A stretch of DNA of 64,000 nucleotides, from the NCBI GenBank assembly GCA_001244265.2, contig CDLV01000004.1, forward strand, positions 1,302,001 through 1,366,000, written 5' to 3'. Of this stretch, positions 48,267 to 62,500 are shown one piece after another. The notes under the pieces are model-generated. The model ran no database searches and was not told the origin of the DNA. It was given only the letters and a program-made list of their open reading frames with translations. Each line of letters begins with the position of its first letter. The first letter of the stretch is position 1. The position numbers were made by a program, and so were the translations under genes. The DNA is from Microbotryum violaceum. Lineage: Eukaryota.

Positions 48267-51153
48267 AGGACCCCCGAAAGCCCAGCCAGAGGCGGCCCGC
48301 AAATTTGGACATTTTTGGATCAAAATGGGTCGAGGCTCACCTCATTTTTGGACATTTCCTCCCTCCGGTCGAACTTTGAAGCGCAGACCAGGGTAGCGGG
48401 AGGCTGGAGGCGCCGGGCATATAGCCGGCCTAGCTGCGCGCGGGTAACCGTCGCGCTGTTTGCGATTTGAGCGCGTTGGTAAGTGCTGCATTTGCGATCG
48501 ATCCTGGAATCCTATTCGAGTCCATTTCAGTTTGACTCGCGCGACACGCCACCGACCGCGGTCGTGGCAAACAATCACTGGCACTCTATACTCTACAAAC
48601 GTGTCTACAAAGGTGTTCAAAATGCCTGTGATCATTAATATCGAACCGAACTTTGCTCTCACCTCCGAGGAATTTGCAATCTTGAGCCCTGTTGCCGACC
48701 TACGCCTCGTTGACCTACTCGCGTACGACCTACCTGCGCCCGACGCTTCTCTCCGACTTGCTCTATCGAAAGATGACCCTCGACATTTTGACGCGCTGCC
48801 ACGCCCCTTGAAGCAATCTATCGGAAAGTTTTCCGATCAAAGCTTTCTATCCTTGGCTTATCTCGATGGCTATCGATCTATCGCATTCGCCGTATCGGGG
48901 TCGTCGGTCAATGCGCCTTCCTCTCAATGCCTCGGCGTTATGGGCCCATCTCGACAAGGCAGAAAAAAATCGATATATCATCCACAACATTCAAGAATGG
49001 ATTCCTCGATTAGCTAACGCCGACGCGATTCGGGAGCGTGAGCTTGCGAGTGCTCGTCATCACCTCACTCGCATACGTTGGACAGCTGTCGACCGCGTCA
49101 ATCTTCGAGGTCGATCTACACGCCTCCAAGACTTTCTACAGATCCTCAGTGAGTTTGCATCCTCTGGGCTCATTCATGAGTCGATCTTGGATACTGATGT
49201 GGGTAGATTCTTGCGTGTGTCTGCAGGCTCCGCCTGGTACTCCGAAACACATCCGAGTCGACCGTTCGCCAAGGTGTCCCTCCGAACGTGAAGGAGGCTG
49301 GTCTGAACCAAGTCCTCGATCGTCTCCGTCTTGTCGGATCGGAGCCATTACCGTGTATTATGCGACGCGAGGAATGCGACGCCCTTCTTTCGGTGACTGC
49401 GCTTGACATTGACCAGGAAGCTCTGATGTACGTAGCTTGGTGTTTGAGAGCAACAAACGATCACTAACAACCGTATATTGAACCCTCAGCGATGCTGTTG
49501 ATGTTGGCTTCGATCAAACCGATGCAGAAGAAGAAGATCGACAGTTTCAAACGATCCTTGCCGAAGCATGCCATGAGCATGAGTAATCCGTGAGTGAACA
49601 CAATCTTCGGTTGATCGATGCATTTACTGATACAGACCCATGTTCTCAACCAGTGGGAAGCGCCCCCGTACCCGCGTTATCTTTTAGAGAAGGGGGCCCT
49701 CTACTCTGTCCCCACACTCGACTTGGACAGCTTGCTCGCTCGACGACGTGCACACCAATGCCGACACCTCGGGAAGATCAAGTTTAAAGGTGGCGCGCAG
49801 AACGTAGCGTCAGATCAACATTTTGCCCAAGACCGAACCGAGCACCGCGGCAACGTGCATTCTGCCGCACTTCGACGGATAGTCGAGACGATGGGAATGG
49901 ACAGGTATCGACAGTTTGTAGGGAACGAGAGGAACCTTCGCTTCAGCAATTCAGGGGCAAATATCCGGGAGAAGACGTTGCACGAGCAAGCGACAACTGC
50001 GATCATCACCGAGGGACGATCTCACGTTAGTCGCTGATTCGTGATGTATCATGACCCAAGCTGGGGCGTGCCTTTTCCTGCGCTGACGTTTGACTCCGAC
50101 GTTACAGGACAAAATGAAAGGACGACAAGAGGTCTATGGTCAGATCATGTCGAACCACGTACTCGTCCGAGCTGTTGATGGTGATGTGTCTGCACCCCGT
50201 CCTCTCAAGGTGGACACACTGGTCGTGTATGGAATCCCAGAAGAACCTATGGGTTTGCCTTCGGGTGAACAATGCGGGGAACGACTGGCAATCGGGATAG
50301 GTATGCCAAACTACTACTTGTGTGGGGAAACCTCACGTGACTGACTAACACCGTGACTGCGCCTTTTACTTGTCACCTTCCCTGCAGTGAGGAACATTTA
50401 CAAGAAGTCAAGCACAACTTATGAAAGTGTTGAAAGTCTTGACTCTCTTGCTCTTTTCGTAAATGCCGTGATACAAGAGCTGCGTGTCATTGCTCCGGGA
50501 GTTTACTCCAACCTGTCTCATCAGGGCAACACGCGCATTCGTCAAGTCGATGGGCGCTGTATCATGAATTCGCTCAAACCGGTCTTGTCAAGCATCAACT
50601 ACGAGGTCAAGGACTCCACACGATCTAACTGGCGTGATGAAGGGGAAATTCACATCACCGTCAATCAAGAAAAACGGTACAGGCTTTTGCAGAACATTAA
50701 AGGAATTTGAGCAGCATCCCTTGCTTGTCTTGCACCAGGAGGCCGTTCAGACGAAAACGAAGGGCGTCAACAATGATGAAGAATGAAGGTCAGCCTGGCT
50801 CATGCTCGTATGGCGGTAAGCTTTGTCAGAGCTTGGCCCATCAAGCGCGGCAGTGGATCGCGGCGGGGCGGGTGTGGAGTAGAGCTAGGAGAGCTAGCAG
50901 AGCGCTGGCGGCGCTCTTGGTGTGCGCGCGCGCGACCTTTCCGGCCCGCGCACCGCGGAAACGCAGTCTGCGCGCAGCGCAGAAAAATTTCTGAGCATTG
51001 TAGAGCTTGGAGAGTAGTTTTCAAAGAATCTTCAGCGCTAGGCGGCCCTCATGTTTGGACATTTTCAGTCAAAATCTGGATGTTTTTTGGACATTTCGCC
51101 TCGAAAAAGGCCGTTTTTAGAGGGCCGCCTATGGCTGGGCTTTCGGGGGTCCT
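48267..51153 (+). mobile_element. AGGACCCC TIR family element (2887 bp), probably an internal-deletion derivative
   Basis: TIRs AGGACCCCCGAAAGCCCAGCCA / TGGCTGGGCTTTCGGGGGTCCT; spliced ORF remnants ~48621-50710; flanks TGTCCAGT / CACGAGCC do not match. Confidence 0.88.
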
Positions 51154-51989
51154 CACGAGCCCTTCAGTTTTAGCGCGACCACGAAGCGCGCTCCCCTTTC
51201 GGCTCAAGACCATTCGTTTGACCCGACTCGAAACCTCATCTTTCGCGAAAGGGTCTGACGAACTTTGGGGTTCCGGAAAAAAAAAAGGCCCTTGGGATTC
51301 TTTCGGATCGGGTGTATTTCGATTGTATCGAGAAGGGTGAGTGGTTCATCAGCTTTTGTTCTCCAAGGGTGCGTAAGGATGACAATAAGGTCCCGCGTGT
51401 GCGTTGAGTTTGGTCAATCTCGGTGTAAGCGGAGGCTTCTCACGTGCCTCTCGGACTTGTGGGCGGGGCTGCAGTGGGTCGTGAAGGAATGGAGTGGAGG
51501 GGGAAGATGAGAGGTTGTGCGGTGTTGATTGGGTGCGGGGTGTGGTTCTATGGGCTGGTCGTGTTGGGTGGTCATGGGCTGTAGGGAGAAAGGTGCTGTG
51601 GTTACGGTGTACACATTCGACCTTGCAAGTGCGGGCGAGCCCCCACCCCACCACCACCACGTCGTCGTCGTCGTCGTCGTCATGGGCCACATCCCGAGAC
51701 CCCCACCCCAGGATAGTAGGACCTTACACGCTGCGACGGGTCTCAGCATCTTGTATCGCTCACCGGGACTCAGGCTGTTCGACGTGGGCACTACTTCCAG
51801 TTGCGGAGGAGGCCCCTGCTTTGACGGCTCGAGAGGAGACCCCTGCTCAGCGCCCAGTTCAGCTCAGCCAAACCACGTCGACACGCCGCTCACTTTACTT
51901 TCAAGAGCTGACCCCAGTCTTCCCCCTCACGTCATCTTCCTCAGCATACACCGTGCCTCTCATAGATCGAGACGACAACCGATAGTTGG

Positions 51990-54900
51990 ATGGTCTCGTT
52001 CCTCGCTCGGCTCACAGGTGCCGGTCCCTCCAATAATGGCTCCGGTGACAAAGACGGTGGTCGCAAGACGCCTTCCAGCTCCCCGACCAAATCGATCCGC
52101 ACCAATTCGATGCCCTTGACCTCGCCTTCGAGTAGCAAGAGTTTCATTCGCTTACCTAGAGCGAGTACTCGACACCAAATACCGGCTCAGGCGACCACAG
52201 CAACGGTTCCTGGTTCGCCTAGTCTGGCTTCGGCGAATCCGCTTCCTCCTCTCGACTTGCCATCGGTCAACTTGCTCGAGGATGATGGGACGACGATCCA
52301 TCAAGCCGCGTTAGCGACGGGGCTGCCTACCTGTCCATTGTCGCCTAGGATCTCGATGAGTGCAGCCGGGGTACGAAGTAGTACTGAGACGACACCCTGG
52401 GTCAAACTCGACGACAGTGACGAGAATGCTTCCGAACGCGCGACCTCGACCGAACATGATTCCCATTCCGATCTTCAACAACGAGATTTCGCACTGAACG
52501 TCGACGACCAGAAGAGACTTCGTCGAGCCATGTTGAGCGTCGAAGACGTGATCGTCCTCCTCAAGGAATGCGGTGTCGTCATTCGTGAACGAGGCTTGAC
52601 TACATTGGGCCTGTTCAGACCTTATCGCATTGGTGAATCGAGGCTCAAGATCGATCGATTGGCTTTGTTGTTTTACGCTTTCGCATTGGATCGATCTTCG
52701 GTTCATCGAGCTGCGGATCAACCTAGGAACGCGAATGATCTGTTCAGGGTCGGTGGAGGGAAGAGTAAAGGGGCCAAACTGGACGCGTTCAAGGAAGAGA
52801 TCAAGTATGCGAATGTGCATGACGTGGTCGGCATGTTGAAATGGGTGCATATTAAACAAAAAAGCAGCCCACGCGGCACGATCGATAAAACTGATGACTC
52901 CTTACTTGTGACGATAGGGTCTTCGCCACCTCGTTTATTCGACTTCGTTCGCGGGCAAACCCTCACCCCAACCTCTCGCCTGGTACGACAACTTTATGCT
53001 CGCATCCGAAGCCGCAAAACATCCTACAGCGGCATTCTCGACGCTCTTACTACCTTCGCTCCCTTCGTCCTCACAAGATCTGCTCACCGCGCTCCTCGAA
53101 GTCATGCAAGCCGTAGCGGCCTTTACCGAACTCAACGCCATGTCCGCGCATCGTCTCTCTCGCCAACTCGGCATCTATCTCTTCGGTCTAGCGCCCCGTG
53201 GTAAAGCCTGGTCCGATTGGTGCGAACTCTACACCACCTGGCAAAACGCCGGTAACGCCCTCGAGGGATGTTTGAGAGCCTACGTTCGTTCACAACCGGA
53301 CCTTCCGGAGAGGTTAAGAGAATTGGTCGAGGCGTACCCTTCACCTCCTCCTAGGGTCGTCAAGAGTCAACTCAAGTCGGTCATCAAGGTGGAGATCGAG
53401 GTGAAGGCGGAGGTGTGGAGTAGGGTCATGGCTGTTGAAGTTAATGATCAGAGGACCGGCCTCGTCGTCGCTTTGGGTACAGGTGGTAGTGCAGGTGCGG
53501 GACAGGCTTTGTCGATAGGTGGGATCAAGAGGAGGGATCCGGTCGATGTTCTCGTGGACGCCTTCGAGGCCACTCATGATTCAAAATTGGATGATGTCGA
53601 GCAAGGCACCAAAGACGTGTGGAAGATGATCATCGAAGAGGCGAAAAATGACGGCGAACCGATCGCGATCTTGTCGGACGAAACGAGGCGAGTGCTCGGT
53701 TTGATCGGGCTCGATCGTGGATCGTCTACGTGGTCGACGCTTCCTTTGTCCGATGACGCACGCCCTCAGCATGGTCGTCAACGCTCCTATTCGCACGGCT
53801 TCGAATCCGTTTCTCCATTACCTCGATTCGATTTCTCGAACCTCACGACTCCCGTCACCGGTAGTTTCCCCAATCGATCCGTCACCCATTTATCGCCCTC
53901 CCAACTCTCCGGAGCTCCGAACCGCTTCTCAAACCGCCCTTCGACGGCCCCTCAACAAGCTTCACGCATCGTTACTCCGAACTGGAGCGAGTTCGCTTCC
54001 ACCGGGTTCAGCGATACTGTCCCTGCGAAAGAGTTTGGGTTGATTGATCTGAGTGAAGCCACCGGCGATGGTCTACGCGCCAAGTCGACGGGTGGCAAGT
54101 CCAAGGACAGTCGATCGTCTATGGGGCAACGCACGCCATTTAAGCCTTCTTCGCCCTCTCGTGGCCATTCTTCGTCCACCAAGCCGATTCGATCTTTATT
54201 GAATTTGTCGCTCACCCAAATCGAAGATGACTTTGCCGACGTATGGCTCGAGACCCTCTCCGACCCAGGGATCTGCTCCTCCTGGCCCAGTTTCCTCATC
54301 GCCGAACTTCAAACGGACCTCGTCAGCTCCCCTGAAACCAAGATCGATCATGTTCTCATCACCGAAAAATTGATCGAACTTCGACCGCTCTCAAGTACGA
54401 CTAGTTCTTCATCCTCCGCCTCGATTAAAGATATGACTAGGTCCGTGTCCGTCGCTGAATCTACACTTTCGAAAAGGTGGAGAAGGGCAAGTCAACTATT
54501 CTCCGGATCTGGATCTGGATTTGGATCTGGAATAGGGAAGGATGGTGGATCGACGAGTGGACATTCTACTCCTACGGCGCCTTCTCCCGTGAGCTCACCG
54601 AGACAATCGAGAATCTCTATGGGGAAGAAATCGATGACGTCGGCTCAGCCGGAAACGATCGTGGAGCAAGCGAGGGGTAACTCGGTCGATTTGAAGGCGG
54701 CAGCGATGCTAACGTCTGGCGCGACGACGACGACGGCGGCGGTGGTTCGTACGAGTCCGAAAGAAGAGCCGGCGCAAATTTCGATCAAATCAGTTGACCC
54801 TGAAACGACCGTGACGGAGGAGGATCAATTTCGACAAGTTCCCGAGGCGACCGATGTCCCTGTCAAAGACATTGTGGAACCAACCCCTACTCCTGCGCCT

Positions 54901-56818
54901 ACTATTGTCGTTGACGAAGCACTCGAAGTTGCAGAAGATCGCGCCACAGTCGAGGTGACTTCTGAGCTACAACCTGAAGCGGAGGTAGTCGAATCGGCTC
55001 ACGTCGCAGAACAGGTTCTCCCAGCCGTCTCGGAAGATACGACCGCCGTTCTCCCACCCAGCACCGCCGACGATTCGATTCTCGAGCACCCCAAGAAACT
55101 TGGCGATACACCCAACGACGACAACCCCGTCGTACCGGCTTTCCGCGCTGAAGAAGGGGTCGGACCTCATAACGGCTTGAAAGGTACTCATGGTGATCAT
55201 TCGGCTAGTCAGATCGATGTACCGCGTTCCCAAAGCGTCGAGGATCTTGAAGCTCTTGTTCCTCACCAACGCAGCAACCCCCCTCATGACGATCTACCAG
55301 ATGGTCAGATCGGCAATCATCAAGGGAAACCGAACCCTCAATCGGGATTGAGCCTCTCCGCGGTTCATAATGAAAGTTTCGACCCTGCTCACGGTGATCA
55401 TACGGGACAAGAGATCGGTATTGCTCGTCCTGCTTCGGTGGAAGGTATCGACGTGGCTGCGTTGAACGATCAAAAGGTTGAGACTGTCTCGAAAACGGAA
55501 GCAACTACACCACTTGTGTCTTCGGTCGCACTTCCAGCGGAAGAACCTGTGGGGAACCAGCAGCCCGAAATGGTTGCAGATGAAGGTAAGTCCACGCGTC
55601 GGCAAGTCAAGATGCTTCAGAACCCACTAAACTGATCCGCTTGTATTCGCTTGGGTTGATGATTCGGCTGGAATAGACTCTTCGATTCCCTCCGGCGGGG
55701 GCGACTCGCTTAGCGTCCTCGGTTCCGAGGTGATGCGCGCTCGTACGCTGTCTCAAGCTTCGAGCTCTACCATTGGGGCCTCCCCCTCCAAGGAGTCATC
55801 CCCCGGTTCGACGACCTCGAAGCGTTTCCTCGGCGGGATGAGCGACATCTTACGTCGCAAGACCTCAGCGGAGAAAGCACAAGCCAAGCTCGAAAAAGAG
55901 GAAGAGAAGAAGACCCAACGTGAACTACGTCAACTCAAGGATGACGAGAGGCTAAGCAACTCGAACAGCAACAAGGAGACTAAGGTGCCTATGCCTGTGT
56001 CGTCCGTTCGTGCGAGGGTTTTAGAACTTGAGGCCGAGAGGGCCAAGGCGGAGGCGAGTGTCGAATCGCCCATTCGTCGTTCGTTTAGCGGGAGCTTTCC
56101 GGGTATGACGAGGAGTGAGAGTTGTGGGATGGCACCGCCTCTAAGCTCTTCGCCCGAGTCGCCCACTCTGGCGCGTAGGTCGTTGAAGCTGCCTTCCAAG
56201 ATCGCGTCCCTGGCCGAAGGAGCGAGCATCGCCACCGTCGCTGGGGATGCCGCAGCCGTCGCCGTCGCGAGTGGTGTCAGTGCCTCTCCCCAACCTCAGG
56301 AATCTCAACACCTCACCGTCAAAGCCCCAAAGACGCTCGACCAACTCCCTTCCCCACTTCCATCCCCTTCGCCGGTGCTCGAGGAGGAATGCTCGACTCC
56401 ACTTCTCGCAACGGACCCTACGCCGGATTCGACAGCCGTCTTTGACCATCATCCTCCTCAGCTTAACTTTGGTGAAGTCGCTTCCCCTACCTCGCCTTCC
56501 TCGATGAATGTCGCTCCTCCTACACCCATCAAAGGAAACGACCCCTTCATCGCCGATGATAACGGCACCCCTCGTGCCAAGCCGCCTCTTTTCGCAGGCC
56601 ACAAAGAACCCTCATTGGACGTCGAATCCGGCTCGTCGATCCTCCAACTCATTCCAGCCACGACCGTCGAAGCGACCACTGCTGAAGAAGTTGAGCGGGA
56701 CTCCCACTCGTTCGATCACCCACCTGCGTCTCTACCCAGTAGTGCCTCGGATTATTCGATCGCCGAGACCGCTACTTCGTTCAAGACGGCCGATTCGGAG
56801 GCTTTCTCCGAGACCTAG
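51990..56818 (+). CDS. Msb1/Mug8 (DUF1708, RhoGAP-like) domain protein with long low-complexity C-terminus
   Basis: LLKECGVVIRERGLTTLGLFRP...NVHDVVGMLKW|GLRHL; three long ORFs joined by short introns (~52845-52917, ~55587-55676). Confidence 0.7.
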
Positions 56819-57095
56819 GCATGGCACCAATCCCGTTTTCCCTCTTATCCGTGTTTTCTTGGGTTCTTCAATTAGCATCTGTTCTTCGTCTTGGGTTCCC
56901 CTTTAATTCGACCTCTTCCATTTCGTCGTTCGTTCTAAATTTCAGCTACAGTTACCCCTTTTCCTCTCGCATAGCACTTTCGTTCTTATCCTGTCCGTTC
57001 GCTTCTTGGTGTGCATCTTTCTTCACATACACTTTAGTCGAACGCACCTTCCCCCTATGTTACATATTGCATTCTAAAATAAAAATAAACTCTTC

Positions 57096-59250
57096 CCAGT
57101 GGGAACCCGTTAAATTAACGGGAGGGTGCAATTCAAATAGCAGCACAGTTGAACAGTCTACATGATTTGAACAGAGGTTAAATAAGCACACTACGAAGTA
57201 CAGCAAAGAAACAGTTCTCCATTCATCGGCCAAACAGCCTGCCCGTTGCTTGTTGCCAAAAACGTCGTTGTCGCAGAGTCGGTTCAACTTGGCTTCAAAC
57301 GCTCGTGCAATGAGTTCCGGTCGGTTGCATGCTTGGTCGTTCGGTCCCAGTGCAGCCTTAATTTCAGGCCATTCGGGGTGGCACGTCACCGTGATGAACA
57401 ACGAAGGCTTTCCATATTTTACGACGCACGCGTCATATCATCTTGTTAACGCTGCGTGCTCTCGCGCGGTCTATTCTTGAACGTTGAGCCCAAAATCACC
57501 GAACATCCAACTTGATCCGGGGTCAAGCTGATGATGCCTTGGCCCGTGGTGAGGCGGAGGTTTTCTTGATCCAACTGGAGGTAAGTTGAGTCGATCGGTC
57601 TCGACCTGGGCGTATGGGTCATCACGAACGCCAGGAAGGCACGTTGGGTGCAATGCGGGATTGAGAAGTACTCGTCGCGTTTGTGCAAGTCGTACGCAAA
57701 TAACTGTGAACGCGAGACTCGCCACCTCGATCCCCTTTATTTGAGCTTCGTCCTAGGCGTTCAAACGTTCAATGTCAGTCTGTGCATGCGCCTTAACAGA
57801 ATGGAACATCCGAGAAAGAGCCGAAAGGGCTTACGTTCACCATCACCATTCTCTGCGTCCCCTTCCTCCTCGTCGCGGTCTTTTGGCAAAGAGTGGCCCA
57901 ATTTGGTTGAACGCACAAAGAGGAATGTTGAGGTGGAAGCTATCTTCCCCTGCGGGGAAGAGTAGTGGGTAACGGAGAGGCATCGCAGACGGATGGAGTG
58001 AGCTAACGATTTGGTACTTGGGCCGACCATTGGGACATCGATCACCGTGCACCTGGAGAATAAGGTCTTGAGGTCCACGATCTCCCGTGTTGGTGTCGGA
58101 ATCGCAAATAAGCATCGCCATTTCCGTGCTCGACGTAGGAAGGTTGTGTGTGCGTCGGTCCCGGCCAGGTGGTAGGCAGAGGCGCAGGACCCACTCTTTG
58201 GCCTAACCCGCGGGAACTTTGGCCGATGCAAATTCCCTCACAAAGCGATTGCCGGTACGCAACGTAGAATTAAGCTTGGTCAAAGTAGATCTTTGTATGC
58301 GACTGTCTGCGCCGTCGGGTCCAAGTTGAGTGTCGGTGGCCTCGGCCGGGCAGATGAGCCATGTTTTGGCAAAGGTTGGGCGCTGATTGATGGCAGGAAT
58401 TAGGGCGCCGAGAGTGGGCCCAGTCGATGGTAAAGGCGTCAAAAAATCCGAAACATGCGGGGTCCTTGAGTGCCTAGTCGAGTCTGGTCAAAGTGGGCAG
58501 CGAGCGAAGTGAAGACAGCGCGTTCAACTTGTTGTACGACCGGGCATTCTCGCGGAATGCAACCGCTTCTGGTGTAGGTGGGTCGAACCGTTCAGCATGT
58601 GGGCCTACGACGGACTGGAGAGACTGACCGGTATCCGACCCTTCAAGCAGCTGTCGATACTCGGGATTGGGCCGGAGAGAGGAGGTAGCTGCACCTTACC
58701 CTGCGAGCAGCACGTGCTGAAGTGTCCGGTCGACTTCGAGCTTTCGTACTCCCAGTGTCGAGCTTTGTAGTGGATACACACGGCCATCTGGGGCCGAGGT
58801 AGTCGCGGATGGGAACGTGGCGCTTGAGTGGTTTGAGCGCGGTTCGAGGCCTGTGCACTCGCTCTGCGCAGGAAGAGGTGGTGGTGGGGCGAGCTCAGTG
58901 TCGGTTCGGCCATCGGGCCCTCGCGCTGACCACGCTGTCCGTTCTACAAAGCTGTACGGCGGCGCTTATACGGCAATACCAAGATCGGTTGAGTTGTTGT
59001 CATTGTGCGCGGGGAGCTGATTCTGTTGATCGGAGCGGGACAAAGAGGAGAGTCGAGCAGCGGGCCAAGCAGCAGGCGCTCGAGTAAGCTCGCCAGACTC
59101 GGCGCGGTTGTCACAAAAATTCGGTGAGTGGGAGGGAAAGGAAAGAATTAGAGAGAGTATCGCGGGACTATTTACAGCGCCTGGAAGATCCTGTTGTTGT
59201 TCAGCCCCTAAAACCGGTGTCGCGTTGTAAACAGTACACATCACGTGATT
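57096..59250 (-). mobile_element. Helitron remnant (Rep N-terminal part, helicase deleted); 5' boundary approximate
   Basis: CCSQGKVQLP, PLRYPLLFPAGE, QENLR, ILGSTF, LFITVTCHPEWPEI...RPELIARAFEAKL; 3' hairpin CCCGTTAATTTAACGGG (57106-57122) followed by CTGG. Confidence 0.85.
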
Positions 59251-59593
59251 GACGGCGCATCCGTAAGCCGCGCCCGCAAAGACAGCGGGACCCCACGCGC
59301 TTGCTATACATTAAATCCCACACAAACTGCTCAATAGTTGGGCACCCCGCCAAAAATCAACAACAATTGTCCTCGGGCTGTAGCTCGACTTTTATGGTGC
59401 AGACAATGCGAAAAGGGTCGTACATGACTTCTGGTCGGGACGCCAAAATCACAGGCAGGTGCGGCGGACGCAATACTGTATTGGTGCATTCACTATAGGC
59501 GGCCCAGAGGGCCGCAACAAAGTCAAAACAACGATTTTAGGTACATGGGTCGCAGATCGACCCTTTTTTTAATAAAGAGGTAGTAATCCTACT

Positions 59594-62500
59594 TCAAACC
59601 CCCACAACCTCCTTTCGCGCCGCCTGACCCGTCGCAAAATAACTCTTAAGTTTCTCCAAAGCGACCTGATAATCCTCTACGAAGTGTTCCACATCCGAAT
59701 CTTTAACCCTGACCCTCTTGATTCGTTCCCAATGTTGCGCCGCTTTCATGATCGCTTTGAAGGGCGCGACTTCGGGATCTTCGATCAAGGACCAAGCGTT
59801 ACCTGCTTTACCGGCTCGAGCGGTACGACCTACTCGATGGACGTATTTACGCATGTCGGCGGGGATGTCGTACGAAATGACGTGGTTGACGTGAGGGAGG
59901 TCGATACCGCGGGAGATTAGGTCGGAACAGATGAGCCTAGGGAGAGGTCCGACTCGTTTAGGTCAACGTAAAAAGCGTGGGGAAGGGGGAGATATGGGAA
60001 AGCTTACATTTGAATCTCGCCCTTCTTGAAGGCCGTTAACAACTTCATCCTTTCAACCGGTGCCAAATCACTCGAATAAGCTTTTACGACTGGTAACTTC
60101 TCCTCACCCTCCCCTTCTCCATTACCCCTGCTCTTCCTAGCCTGTTCAAAGAACTCGACCAATTTGGCCAACCTATTCGCTGCCTCGACCGATTTGGTGA
60201 AACACAACGCCACCTCGACCTTGATCCCATGCAACAAGTGCAATAAATACAACGGCTTATGCGTCGAGGGTGAAATGATCATTTGTTCCTTCAACGAAGC
60301 GGGAAAGGTGAATTTCAATTCTTGATCGATCGCTCCGTTTTCGGCGTGAGGATCGAGAGCGTCTTCGACGGAAATGTAGAGCGGTCGATGGAGTTGGAGA
60401 GAGTCGATCTTGGCTGGATCGCGGGAGAGGGTCGCGGAGAAGAGGAGTTTTTGACATGAGGAGACGGAGCGAACGTCGAGTTCTGAAGAGGTGCGTCCGG
60501 TTTCGGCATCCCACCATGCTGGCGCTTGAACGTCGGCTCGGTCCGAGCGAGGGCAGCGCTCAATAGAAGCTCTTGTCGTCGATGGAGTAGGGTGCAAGGC
60601 CGCCAACATCGCAGGTAACCACTCATTGAAAGACTGCGTAAGCAACCGATCCGCCTCGTCGACAACGAGGTACCTCAAATGCTGCAACGAGAACCCCGGT
60701 GTGGACCTGAGATGATCCATCAATCGACCCGGAGTGACGATCAAGATGTCGACCGAGCTCGAACCACCTTGCAAAGAAATTGTCGAAGCCTTCTCGCCTA
60801 CGAGCGAGGTTTGCTCGTGCGTGAAAGAGTGTTGGCCCGTGGCGGTGCCAATCTTGAGTCCCAGGCCTTTGCTAAACGCTTCGAAAGTTTCTCGCACTTG
60901 GCCTACGAGGTCTCGGGTGGGCAAGACAATGAGAGCGCGTAGGCATGTGACGATGCGGGGTGCGAGGGTCTAAGCGGAAGGGGCGAAAAGGACTGAGTGC
61001 GCGTTACCTAACGTACGAAGGGGACAAGCTTACCTCGACGATGGGAATGACGTAGCTCAGCGTCTTTCCGCTACCTGTCGGAGCCGAGACACACACGTCT
61101 CGCGGGGGTCGGAAAGGCGAGTACAGCGGGTTGGGTTCCCCAGGTGGCAAGAGTAGCGGCAGCACCTCAGTTTGCACTTTTAAACAAATCAATAAAATCT
61201 CGTCAGCAGCTGTACCGCTCACCTTCGACTACTACTCTTAGAAGACTCACCGGCAAAAGCCTCTGTTAACCCCATCTCCGCCAACCTCTTCCTCCCCCTC
61301 TCCGCCAACCCCAGCGTCTCATCATCGAACCTGACCTTCCTATCCGGATCGACAATCCTCTTGCTCCTCACACTCTCGTGCACGTTGAGCTCGCTCAACG
61401 TCTTCTTGCTCGGTGGTGCAGGTCGCGTCGCGCTCGGTAACCTCAACAAAGGGCTCGGTTCCTCTTCCACCGCTCGTTGAGGTACCTGATCCGCTTCCAT
61501 CGGGATGGGTTTATCCGAGACCGTGATCGGGACATCTAGTTCCACCTTATGAGCCGTAGGGATCAATGTCGGTGGTCCTTCGAGTTCAACATCCTCGCCT
61601 TGCGTGGGTTCTTCGACGGCGTGTCGCGTCGCTCGTTTTTGTCGTTTCGCCTCCTTGCGCGTCAAGCGTGCCTCTTTTTCTTTGCGCTTCTCAAGCTCCT
61701 CCTCTGTCGGCTCAGCAGACTTGTCCTCGACGACCTCGGGGACAGCGTTGAGCGTGACCGAACCCGTCTTGACAGGGGAAGCCATCGGTAAGCTGGGTTT
61801 CGCAGTAATGACCCTTGGTTTCGTAGGCGGGACGACCCCTCCCTCTGCTTTGAGTTTTCGAATCTCGGCCTTTTTCGCGTCCCTCTTGGCTTTACGTTCG
61901 GCCTTCTTCTCCGCGATGATCCTCAGCTTCTCCTCATCCTTTTCCATCTTCCTCTCCATCGTCTTTCCATCCTCCTTTACGTCTTCCTCCCCCTCCTCCT
62001 CATCACTCCCCACCTCAGTCCCCGCGACACTAGTTCCCCACACCGTCGATGCCGAACCATCCTTCTTGCTCGCACCGGAAGCCATCCTCCTCTTCCTCCC
62101 CTTTGCCCTCAACTTTTTCTTCTTCAAATACCTCAACCTGGCAGGTGTCGTCGCCTGCGGTTGTTTCACCTTGAGCTCCCTCGCTAGTGCTGGTGCGGCC
62201 AATCGATCAGGATGAATGGCCGAGAGACCTGCTCGTTCTGTTTGCGGCGCTCCTTCTTCTGTATGATACGACTTTGGAAACGCCGACGAAGAAGGAGGTG
62301 GCACGAAATGCGAGTTGATCGATTGACCCAAATGACTCGAATTCGATTCACCCAAGGAAGGGTTCGGTAATCCCAATTTGGCCGCTCGTTTCTCCCTCTT
62401 GATCCTGTTCTCCTTCTCCGCTGGTGACTCCCCAGGAGCAGGTTTCCACTCACCCGTAATAGCCGTCGTATCGATCGGTAGGATCGGTGTCGTTGAAGGT

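Noticed and set aside
51640-51685. (CAC)n(GTC)n tract and overlapping ORFs
   Set aside because: Simple microsatellite upstream of the Msb1-like gene
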